The position numbers were made by a program, and so were the translations under genes. This document shows positions 53,129-60,995 of a stretch of DNA of 64,000 bases, piece after piece. The first letter of the stretch is position 1, and each line of letters starts with the position of its first letter. Origin of the DNA: Chitinivibrionales bacterium (lineage in GTDB: Bacteria > Fibrobacterota > Chitinivibrionia > Chitinivibrionales > WJMI01); contig WJMI01000206.1 in NCBI GenBank assembly GCA_014728015.1, forward strand, positions 3,266 through 67,265, given 5' to 3'. The notes below the pieces were generated by a model that worked only from the letters and a program-made list of their open reading frames with translations, was not told the DNA's origin and searched no databases.

Positions 53129-54019
53129 TCAGTGGGTCCGATCGTATTCGGCGATCTTGTCTGTTACCATCGTTTCCGCGGCGGTGTACATCTCCTGGAT
53201 GAACGCATCGTGGAAATCATACGTGCGTTCCCCGAATGCCATGTCATCGAGTCGATCGAGCATCCGCTGCTTCGCCTCGTTGAGGTCCTTGCCGTAGATG
53301 TGCCAGGAGTCCGCGTGCCAGTTCATCCGGCCCAGCTCGACCCGCCTGCCGGTCTTGTCCGCAATGCCCTGCGCGACAATGTGCTTGTTGAACTGCACGA
53401 AACCGAACATGTTCATGAAGTTGGCGCCCCAGGCATCGTTGCTGCGAAACCGGACATTGCAGTTCAGCCAGTATGCTCCCTCCTCATCTTCGAGCAGGCG
53501 ATACCACAATGACTGCAGGCAGGGGGGATCGTAACAGTCGAAATCAAGGTTGGGCATCCAGGTAATCATTTGCGCCTGCCTGGTGAACGGCTGGGCCGAA
53601 AGCTTCTCGACGACCTTGTCTATCTGGTTGACCTTGAACGGGCCTGTTTCCCGGGAGCCGCCGTTCGCGCGCTCCTTCCACGCACCGTAGCCGGAAAGCC
53701 TGCCGTGGTAGGTGTATTCCCACCGCGTGTCATCGGCGTCATTCATGTTTTTCACCCAGTGGTCCTTGGCCCCGAACAGCTCCATCGTGTATTCCTTGAG
53801 GTCCTCTATGCCTCCGGGAAAGGCCTTGTGGATCATCGGGTCCGACCAGGGCTCGAGAATGGTGATGTTCATTGTTGCATCGATGCTTTCGGGATCGCCG
53901 GGCTTGTCGTACTGGGTTCTCATGCGACACCCGTTCTCATACAGGGCCACGAGTGCGCGCTCGTATGCCATCGCCAGGGATCGCTCTTCGACCGTGAGCA
54001 CGGGAATGTTCTTCGGCAT
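53129..54019 (-). CDS. divergent thymidylate-synthase (ThyA) superfamily protein
   Basis: ORF 53129..54127 trimmed to ATG 54019, preceded by AAGGAGG. QIDKVVEKLSAQPFTRQAQMITW, PPCLQSLWY (catalytic-Cys context), VRFRSNDAWGANFMNMFGF, ADSWHIY align with ThyA blocks but are strongly diverged. Confidence 0.65.
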   Translation of the reverse strand: MPKNIPVLTVEERSLAMAYERALVALYENGCRMRTQYDKPGDPESIDATMNITILEPWSDPMIHKAFPGGIEDLKEYTMELFGAKDHWVKNMNDADDTRWEYTYHGRLSGYGAWKERANGGSRETGPFKVNQIDKVVEKLSAQPFTRQAQMITWMPNLDFDCYDPPCLQSLWYRLLEDEEGAYWLNCNVRFRSNDAWGANFMNMFGFVQFNKHIVAQGIADKTGRRVELGRMNWHADSWHIYGKDLNEAKQRMLDRLDDMAFGERTYDFHDAFIQEMYTAAETMVTDKIAEYDRTH

Positions 54020-54112
54020 GGGTCCTCCTTGCGGTTGCGGGCGGGGCCGAGAGCCCGGATCGTTCATGTCTCTCGCGCCGCGATTTGAGTGGTGCACGCG
54101 AGAGCCGTTCGC

Positions 54113-54143
54113 GAGAAAAGGCCGCACCGGCCGGGCGTGCGGC
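54113..54143 (-). terminator. intrinsic terminator after argB
   Basis: Immediately 3' of the argB stop, the transcript strand reads GCCGCAC-GCCCGGCCG-GUGCGGC (7-bp GC stem, 9-nt loop), followed by CUUUUCUC. Confidence 0.55.
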
Positions 54144-54953
54144 TCAGTAGACGACGGTTCCCTGCCAGCTGTCCGAAAGCTCTTCCACGAATGTCCGCAC
54201 GCCGCGCCATCCGCAGATATGGACTCGCCCTACACCATTATTCACGGCATCGGCGGCGGCCCTGAGCTTGGGAAGCATGCCGCCGGTAATATGGCGTTGC
54301 CCGGCAAGGAACTCCACATCGCCCACGCGGATCTCCCGCGCGACAGAGCTGTCGATGAGCACGCCGTCAACATCGGATACGAATATCAGGTGACCCGCGC
54401 CGAGCGCTTTGGCAAGCTCGCTGGCGGCAAGATCGGCATTGACATTGTATATTTCGCCGGCCCGGTCGCGCGACACCGGAGATACGACCGGAACCATTCC
54501 GTTTGCGCCGCACAGATCGACAATCCGCGTATCGACCCGCGCGATGGTACCGACACAGCCGATGTCAGCCCCGTTGATGACAAGCTTTTCGGCCTCGAAC
54601 AGGCCGGCATCGATGCCGCACACGCCCACCGCGCTCACACCTTCACCCAGCAGCGCGTTGACAATGCGTTTGTTGACGTCTCCCGAAAGCACCATCTGCA
54701 CGGCCTGCATGGTTTCGGCATCGGTTACCCGCATCCCCTCGACAAACATATACTGCTTGTTGAGCTTCGCGAGCTGGCGCCCGATATCCTTGCCGCCGCC
54801 GTGTACCACCACCGGCGCGTGTCCCCGCGCCGCCAGCACCTCGATACTCCGGCCGAACTCGGCAAGAAGTCCCGGCGTGTCAATAGTTGAGCCGCCTATC
54901 TTGATGCAGACCGTACCGCCACTCCGGGCATCCCCGGCGTGTTTTGCGCTCAT
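54144..54953 (-). CDS. argB: acetylglutamate kinase
   Basis: VCIKIGGSTID, PVVVHGGG, FVEGMRVTD, NVNAD. ATGA overlap with the argC stop. Confidence 0.9.
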   Translation of the reverse strand: MSAKHAGDARSGGTVCIKIGGSTIDTPGLLAEFGRSIEVLAARGHAPVVVHGGGKDIGRQLAKLNKQYMFVEGMRVTDAETMQAVQMVLSGDVNKRIVNALLGEGVSAVGVCGIDAGLFEAEKLVINGADIGCVGTIARVDTRIVDLCGANGMVPVVSPVSRDRAGEIYNVNADLAASELAKALGAGHLIFVSDVDGVLIDSSVAREIRVGDVEFLAGQRHITGGMLPKLRAAADAVNNGVGRVHICGWRGVRTFVEELSDSWQGTVVY

Positions 54954-55978
54954 GAAAGCCCCATTGTTTCGTCAAAGCCGAACATAACATTCATATTCTG
55001 AATCGCCTGGCCGGATGCGCCTTTCACCAGGTTGTCGATTGCCGACACCGCGACCACGGGCATGCCGCTGTCACCGCCGGCGAACGCGATGTCACAGTAG
55101 TTCGTATGGCAGACATCGGCGAGCTTCGGAAGGTCGTCGCCGGACCGTACCCGCACGAACGGCTCGCCGGCGTACGCCGCACCGACAATCTCCCCGCATT
55201 CGCGCGCCGACCTGTTGGTTGAGATATACAGGGTCGACAGAATTCCGCGGTTCACCGGTACGAGATGCGGCACAAAGGTAAGCGTGACAGGACCGCCGGC
55301 GGCGGCACTGAGCTCCTGCTCCATCTCCGGCACATGACGGTGGGCGCGCCCGACCCCGTAGGCGGACAGGTTTTCGTTGGCTTCGACAAAATGCGAAGCC
55401 AGTTTCAGAGACCGGCCGGCACCGCTGACACCCGATTTTGAGTCGGCGATAATCGCCGTGAGTTCCGTGCCGGGCGCCTTCAAAAGGGGCAGCAGCGGCA
55501 GCAGGACACTGGTCGGATAGCATCCGGGATTGGCAACGATATCAGCCTGACTGATAGCATCGCGATACTGTTCGGGCATCCCGAATACGGCCCGTCCAAG
55601 CAGTTCCGGGCGGGGATGCGGGCCGCCGTACCACTGCGCGTACACGCTCGGATCGCGCAACCGGAAATCGGCGCTCAGATCCACGGTCTTGATACCCTTT
55701 TCGATGAACGGCAGAAGGAGCTGTGCGGAAACGGCGTGGGGGAGGCACGAGAACACGCACACCACGTCCGCCGCCCGCCCGGCCGCATCCTGCGGAGAAA
55801 GGAGGCGCGCATCACACACGCCCTTCAGCACCGGGAATACGTCGGAAAGACGCTGCCCGGCATACGTCTGCGAGGACACAACCGTCACGCGCGCGTTCTG
55901 GTGCTTGTCAAGTAACCGGACAAGCTCCAGGCCCGTATACGATGTTGCACCTAGAATCGCACAGTTGACCGTACTCAT
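54950..55978 (-). CDS. argC: N-acetyl-gamma-glutamyl-phosphate reductase
   Basis: ORF 54950..56008 trimmed to ATG 55978 (MSTVNCAILGATSYTGLELVRLL). GCYPTS active-site Cys motif (NPGCYPTSVLL). Confidence 0.9.
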   Translation of the reverse strand: MSTVNCAILGATSYTGLELVRLLDKHQNARVTVVSSQTYAGQRLSDVFPVLKGVCDARLLSPQDAAGRAADVVCVFSCLPHAVSAQLLLPFIEKGIKTVDLSADFRLRDPSVYAQWYGGPHPRPELLGRAVFGMPEQYRDAISQADIVANPGCYPTSVLLPLLPLLKAPGTELTAIIADSKSGVSGAGRSLKLASHFVEANENLSAYGVGRAHRHVPEMEQELSAAAGGPVTLTFVPHLVPVNRGILSTLYISTNRSARECGEIVGAAYAGEPFVRVRSGDDLPKLADVCHTNYCDIAFAGGDSGMPVVAVSAIDNLVKGASGQAIQNMNVMFGFDETMGLS

Positions 55979-56142
55979 GCCTCGATCCCTCAACCCGGCG
56001 GGCCTCATTTGCGGTTGCCGGGAATGCTTTTTTCGGCCATGGAATCAGAGCGACAAAATACATTGCGAAGCCAAGACCGCCCAGAGTATCCTTGCGCTTA
56101 TTGCTGCAATGTCGCATAACTGTAGCGCGCCTGTAGCCGGCA

Positions 56143-56159
56143 TTCTACAATATATAGAA
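56143..56159. promoter_or_regulatory. A/T-rich quasi-palindromic box TTCTACAATATATAGAA in the argC/smc divergent region
   Basis: TTCTA-N7-TAGAA inverted repeat, preceded by the direct repeat CTGTAGC-GCGC-CTGTAGC (56120..56137). Confidence 0.35.
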
Positions 56160-56222
56160 GCAGCACGACACAACCCGTTGGGTACTCTGTCAAGCAGGTG
56201 GTCCAACGCGTGCCTGTTTTTC

Positions 56223-56251
56223 TTGACTCGAAACCCAATATATTGTATCTT
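56223..56251 (+). promoter_or_regulatory. candidate sigma70-type promoter of smc
   Basis: TTGACT (56223..56228), 17-nt spacer, TATCTT (56246..56251). Overlaps an AATATATTGTATC box. About 70 nt upstream of ATG 56323. Confidence 0.35.
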
Positions 56252-56322
56252 GCTGGGTTGGGCAAGCGAGTGGTAGTGTTTAAGTCGTTGAATACGCAGG
56301 TACAACTCCAAGGATACCCCCT

Positions 56323-59300
56323 ATGATCCTCCGGAAGCTGTCGCTTTTTGGGTTCAAATCGTTCGCCGACAAGACCTCAATCCGTTTCGGTGACGGACTT
56401 ACCTCCATAATCGGTCCCAACGGCTGCGGCAAGAGCAATGTCGTGGATGCCATCCGCTGGGTGTTCGGTGAGCAGAAGCCCACCATGTTGCGCAGCAGCT
56501 CCATGCAGGACGTGATATTCTCCGGGACCCAGAAGCGGCAGCCGCTGAGTATGGCGGAGGTGAGTCTTACCATAGAGAACAATCAGGGCATTCTGCCGGT
56601 TGAATACAGCGAGGTCGAGATTACCAGGCGGATGCATCGAAGCGGCGAGGGGGAATACCTGATCAACCGTGTCCCATGCCGGCTCCGTGACATTCAAAAC
56701 CTGTTTCTCGACACGGGCGTGGGAAGCAACATGTATACGACTATTGAGAACGCGATGATTAACGCGATTCTCAGCGACAAGGCCGAGGACCGCCGCGTTC
56801 TGTTCGAAGAGGCCGCCGGCATTGGCAAGTACAAGCAGCGCATCCGCGAAAGCCAGCGCAAACTCGAGCGGACCCGGCAGGACCTGTTGCGGATCAACGA
56901 CCGCGTGCAGGAGAAGGATCGGTACGTGCGTATGCTTTCGCGCATGGTTGAGAGGGCGAAGCGATACCGCCAGTACCGTGACGAGCTGATGGGTCTTGAG
57001 GTGGCGTTTGAAAGCCGGCATTATGCCGCGCTGTCTTCGGCGATTGGTCGCCGGGACAAGGCCCTTCAGGATTACGGCCAGCAGATAGCGAGCGCGCGGG
57101 CATCCGCTGCCGCGGCCGAATCACGTATCGAGCAGATGGAGATCCAGAAGGTCGGCAAGGAAGAGCAGTTGCAGGCCGCGGCAAAGAATGTCAGCGATGC
57201 CGGCGAGAAAATCCGCTCCATAGACCATGCGATTTCGGTCGATTCCGAGCGCGTGCTTCTCCTGAAGGAAAATGTCGCGCGGTTCGAGCGGGAGGCGGAG
57301 GGAGTGGATGCGCTCATGGAGGAGAAGAGGGGGCTGCTGTCCCGCATAGAAAATACGGTCATCGATCGCGAGCGCCAGCTTGAGGAGCAGCGAAGCCGTC
57401 TGGACGGCGAGGTTGCGAAGCTGGGAGAATTCGACCGGCAGCTCGCATCGCACAAAGAATCGGTCGAGCGTCTGGCGCACGACCATGTCGGGATGCTGGG
57501 CGAGATAAGCGAGAAACAGGAGGGGCTGAGCACGGCCAGGGCCAGCCTGGCCACAACGTTCGAACTGCGCGAGCGCGATGAGCGCGAGATCAAGGCTCTC
57601 ACGCGCCGCCTGGAAGAGTATCGGGAGGCGGTGGAGATATGCCAGCAGCAGCTCGCCGTGGAAAGCGAGGCACACAAAAACCATCTGACCTCGCGGGAGT
57701 CGCTGCTCGAGCGCATCGAGACCGAAGACCACCGGTATCATGAGCTGGTTGAGCGCGAGAAACGTCTCGAGGCCCAGCTTGACTCGTGCGCCACCCAGCG
57801 GCGGTTTCTCGAGGGGCTGGATGCATCATTCGAGGGATACGAAAGCGGCGTGAAGGCGCTGCTGACCAGCAATCTCGACGGTGTTATGGGCATCGTCGCC
57901 GATCTCATCGAGGTCGGGGAACCCGAGATGGTCGATGTTGTGGAGAAGGTCCTTGGTACGAACGTGCAGACTGTCGTGTTCAAAACCAACCAAGATCTGC
58001 AGGCCGGTCTCGATGTGTTGCGCGGCTCCGACGTCGGTGTTGCCCGCATGGTTTCGCTGGAGCACCTCGGCGCGGCGGGCGTCCCGGAACAGGCGTCGGC
58101 AATCGAGAACACCAAGCCGCTTCGTTCGTTCGTGCGTACGAGCGAAGACTGCGAGAGACTCGCCGATCATCTGTTCAACCACGTGCTCGTGTCCGATACC
58201 GCCGATACGGCTCTGGCGTTTCCGTCGATGGCCGAATCCGGCACTGTGCTGGTGTCGCGTGATGGTGTTATCAGTTGCAGCAGCGGCGTAATCATCGCCG
58301 GCCATCATACCAGTGAAGAAGTCGGGCTCCTTCAGCGAAAGCAGGAGATCGAGCGCCTGGCGGGCGAGATCGGCAAGTCGCGGCGCGAGTACGAGCGTGT
58401 GGTCAGCGAAAAAGAGAACTGTGTCATTACGCGTGACGAGGCCAAACGGGCCCTTCTGGAAGTCGACGAGAAACTCAACCGGGGCAGGCAGAAGCAGCGG
58501 GAGCAGGAAACGACTATCAAGCATTACGATATCGAAATGCAGAATGTCAAGGACCGCATGGAGCAGTTGCATCCCGAGCTCGCCCGCATTGGCACGCAAA
58601 GCGCCGCTCTCGAGGAAGAGGTGCGGGAACACGAAGCGGACCTTCAGAAGATGAGCTCTGCCCGGGAAGGTCTCGAGAACCGGATAGAACAGGCAAAGAT
58701 CCGTCTCGCCGAGATGGAAGGCGAGCGGGCGACCATCACCGATCACCTGCACAACATCGAACTCGGTGTCAGCGGACTCACGAACCAGATCCAGACCGAC
58801 CGGGAGAGCTGCGAGCGCCTCCGGAAGGACATCGAGGGGTTGGGAACGAGCAAGGAACGCAAGCTCGACGATCGCAACAAGACGCTGGCGCAGATCAGCG
58901 AGCTGATGGAGCGCCGGGTGGCGCTGCAGGAGGAGCTGAAACGCGAGAACGCATCCCGGCAGCGTCTCGAAGAGGTCCTGGCCGGGGTGCGCGAGGACTA
59001 CAATGCGACCGTGGCAACGATTGACGAGGCGCGCAAGGCGGCCAAGACCGATTCGGCATCCGTCGAACGACTCTCCAACGACCGCCACGCGCTCGACCTC
59101 GACCAGATGCGCGATCAGGAGCAGCTGCACACGCTCAGGGAGCGCATATGGGAGGCCTATGAGGTTGACCTCGATTCGCCGCCCGATGACCTTCCCGAGC
59201 TTGATGAAGACGAGGACGCGACAGCGGAAAGCATCAAGATGCTCAAGGAGCGGCTGAAGCGCGTGGGCGAAGTCAACATGAGCGCGCTCGGCGAGTACGA

Positions 59301-59877
59301 ATCCGAAAACGCCGAGCTGCAGGAAATGATCAAGCAGCGCGACGACCTCCAGACCGCGGTGGAAGACCTCGATCGGGCCATCAAGAAGCTCAACCGCGAA
59401 GCCCGCGCGAAATTCGTGTCTACGTTCAACGAAGTGAAAGAGAATTTCACAAAGATGTTCGCGACGCTGTTCGAAGGCGGCGAGGCGTTCATTGCGCTTG
59501 AAGAAAACGTGGATCCGCTCGAGGCCTCAATATTCATTAACGCGCGTCCCGCGGGCAAAAAAATGCGCGGCGTGACCCTGCTGTCCGGCGGCGAGCGCGC
59601 GCTCACGGCGATATCCCTGCTCTTTGCGCTCTACATGGTGCGCCCGTCGGCCTATTGCATCCTCGATGAGCTCGATGCGCCTCTCGATGATGCGAATGTC
59701 GATCGGTTCCTGCGCATCCTGCGCCAGTTTTCCGAGAGCACGCAGTTCATAATCGTGACGCACAACAAGCGCACCATGGAAGCCGCCGATATCCTGTACG
59801 GCGTGACCCAGGAAGAGTTCGGCGTGTCGACCATGGCATCGGTCAGGCTGCGTGACGTCGAGCTGCAGGCCGCCTGA
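56323..59877 (+). CDS. smc: chromosome partition protein Smc
   Basis: 1184 aa. MILRKLSLFGFKSFADKT...GPNGCGKSN (Walker A), long coiled coils, LSGGERALTAISLLFAL (signature), ILDELDAPLD (Walker B). Confidence 0.95.
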   Translation: MILRKLSLFGFKSFADKTSIRFGDGLTSIIGPNGCGKSNVVDAIRWVFGEQKPTMLRSSSMQDVIFSGTQKRQPLSMAEVSLTIENNQGILPVEYSEVEITRRMHRSGEGEYLINRVPCRLRDIQNLFLDTGVGSNMYTTIENAMINAILSDKAEDRRVLFEEAAGIGKYKQRIRESQRKLERTRQDLLRINDRVQEKDRYVRMLSRMVERAKRYRQYRDELMGLEVAFESRHYAALSSAIGRRDKALQDYGQQIASARASAAAAESRIEQMEIQKVGKEEQLQAAAKNVSDAGEKIRSIDHAISVDSERVLLLKENVARFEREAEGVDALMEEKRGLLSRIENTVIDRERQLEEQRSRLDGEVAKLGEFDRQLASHKESVERLAHDHVGMLGEISEKQEGLSTARASLATTFELRERDEREIKALTRRLEEYREAVEICQQQLAVESEAHKNHLTSRESLLERIETEDHRYHELVEREKRLEAQLDSCATQRRFLEGLDASFEGYESGVKALLTSNLDGVMGIVADLIEVGEPEMVDVVEKVLGTNVQTVVFKTNQDLQAGLDVLRGSDVGVARMVSLEHLGAAGVPEQASAIENTKPLRSFVRTSEDCERLADHLFNHVLVSDTADTALAFPSMAESGTVLVSRDGVISCSSGVIIAGHHTSEEVGLLQRKQEIERLAGEIGKSRREYERVVSEKENCVITRDEAKRALLEVDEKLNRGRQKQREQETTIKHYDIEMQNVKDRMEQLHPELARIGTQSAALEEEVREHEADLQKMSSAREGLENRIEQAKIRLAEMEGERATITDHLHNIELGVSGLTNQIQTDRESCERLRKDIEGLGTSKERKLDDRNKTLAQISELMERRVALQEELKRENASRQRLEEVLAGVREDYNATVATIDEARKAAKTDSASVERLSNDRHALDLDQMRDQEQLHTLRERIWEAYEVDLDSPPDDLPELDEDEDATAESIKMLKERLKRVGEVNMSALGEYESENAELQEMIKQRDDLQTAVEDLDRAIKKLNREARAKFVSTFNEVKENFTKMFATLFEGGEAFIALEENVDPLEASIFINARPAGKKMRGVTLLSGGERALTAISLLFALYMVRPSAYCILDELDAPLDDANVDRFLRILRQFSESTQFIIVTHNKRTMEAADILYGVTQEEFGVSTMASVRLRDVELQAA

Positions 59878-59947
59878 GCCGGTACATCGCGCCGCAGGCA
59901 CCTTCCCCGCCGATTCTCCCCGCCGCATACGGTCTGGGGGCCCCTGT

Positions 59948-59961
59948 TTCTACGCGTAGAA
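59948..59961. promoter_or_regulatory. perfect 14-nt palindrome TTCTACGCGTAGAA
   Basis: Lies in the smc / regulator intergenic region. Shares the TTCTAC/GTAGAA half-sites with the boxes at 53026 and 56143. Confidence 0.3.
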
Positions 59962-60033
59962 GCGGATTGCCGGCCAAACAGGCCTGTTCCAGGCGGGATG
60001 ACGCAACTTTTTTTGGATTTCCATCCATTTTGG

Positions 60034-60054
60034 TACTAGTTTATATACTAGAAG
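60034..60054 (+). promoter_or_regulatory. A/T-rich box with inverted repeat (TACTAGTTTATATACTAGAAG) upstream of the regulator gene
   Basis: CTAGT-TTATAT-ACTAG inverted repeat about 45 nt upstream of ATG 60100. Contains a TATATA -10-like core. Confidence 0.35.
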
Positions 60055-60099
60055 ACTTCCCGCCTTTTGTCTTCCGTTTCGAGAGAGGTGCGTGCATCC

Positions 60100-60894
60100 A
60101 TGCGGTGCCACTTGGAAACCGTTCTCGTAGATTGTCTACGTGACACGCTTCACGTCATGCTCTGCTCCGGCTCTTCGGAGACAGTACGGGCCGTTGGGCG
60201 TTCGCTCAAACAAGGCGCTCTGTTCAGCCTGTTCAAGGCCAAGTCTCCACAAACAATGGAAGAGCTCCTGGGCCAGGTACATGCATGGCACGTGGTGGTT
60301 ATCGATGAGCAATGCCAGTTTGCACCGGATTTTCTGGCGCTTGCGCGGGGATGCCGGGGCTGGCTGCCCGTGATTGCCCTGACCAACTCCTGGTCCATCA
60401 AGAGCATCTCCTCCGCGCGGCCGGCATCCGGAGCAGACATGGCCGGCGAAAGCGCCGGCGGCGGGCTTCAGATTGAAGTCATAGAGGAACAACCGGTTGC
60501 AACCTGCCCGATCAGCAATCCCCGCCAGCTCCTGCATCATGTTCAGGAATGGTCGATCAAGCGCAAGCTGGTGTCCAAGCCGCTGAACGGATTGGCCGCG
60601 AAAGCGATGGATATCCTGTTTCGGGAGAATCCGCTGTCCGTCGATGACTGGTCGTCGGTGCTGGCCGTGAAGCCGCGCCGGTTCCAGCGGGAGTTTAAAC
60701 TGTTTACCGACCTTTCCCCGAAAAAGATACTTGCCCTCTATCACGCCTACCGAATCGCGTTTTCTGTTGTTGACGAACACAACAACCGCGAGAAAGGCGT
60801 GATCTCCGCCTACCTGGTCAACGACCGCGCGCGGGAGCGGGTCATGGAGTATGTGCTGACCCACCGCAGCGCGCTGCTGACAGCCACCAACTGA
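60100..60894 (+). CDS. putative transcriptional regulator: receiver-like N-domain + AraC-type HTH-like C-terminus
   Basis: ORF 60067 (TTG) trimmed to ATG 60100, preceded by GAGAGAGG. The N-terminus resembles a CheY-like fold (VLVDCLRD...WHVVVIDEQ). The C-terminus LSVDDWSSVLAVKPRRFQREFKLFTDLSPKKILALYHAYRIA resembles an AraC/XylS helix-turn-helix. Confidence 0.4.
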   Translation: MRCHLETVLVDCLRDTLHVMLCSGSSETVRAVGRSLKQGALFSLFKAKSPQTMEELLGQVHAWHVVVIDEQCQFAPDFLALARGCRGWLPVIALTNSWSIKSISSARPASGADMAGESAGGGLQIEVIEEQPVATCPISNPRQLLHHVQEWSIKRKLVSKPLNGLAAKAMDILFRENPLSVDDWSSVLAVKPRRFQREFKLFTDLSPKKILALYHAYRIAFSVVDEHNNREKGVISAYLVNDRARERVMEYVLTHRSALLTATN

Positions 60895-60995
60895 TGTAGC
60901 GGCCGAATCCTTCTTGTCAACGACATGGCCTGCAGGGCCGGAGGATATGCGGTGAAACGGGAGCCTGAATCGTCCTGTGCGGCACGCGATTCCGG

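Noticed and set aside
57826-59130. 434-aa minus-strand ORF inside smc
   Set aside because: It is antisense to a canonical SMC coiled-coil region. The Leu/Arg/Asp-rich mirror of a Glu/Leu/Arg-rich coiled coil is not an independent gene.
59977-60014. AACAGGCCTGTT palindrome and T7 run after smc as an intrinsic terminator
   Set aside because: The palindrome has no loop (it would form at most a 4-bp stem), and the T-run lies ~20 nt away with no adjacent stable stem. It is not convincing as a terminator.
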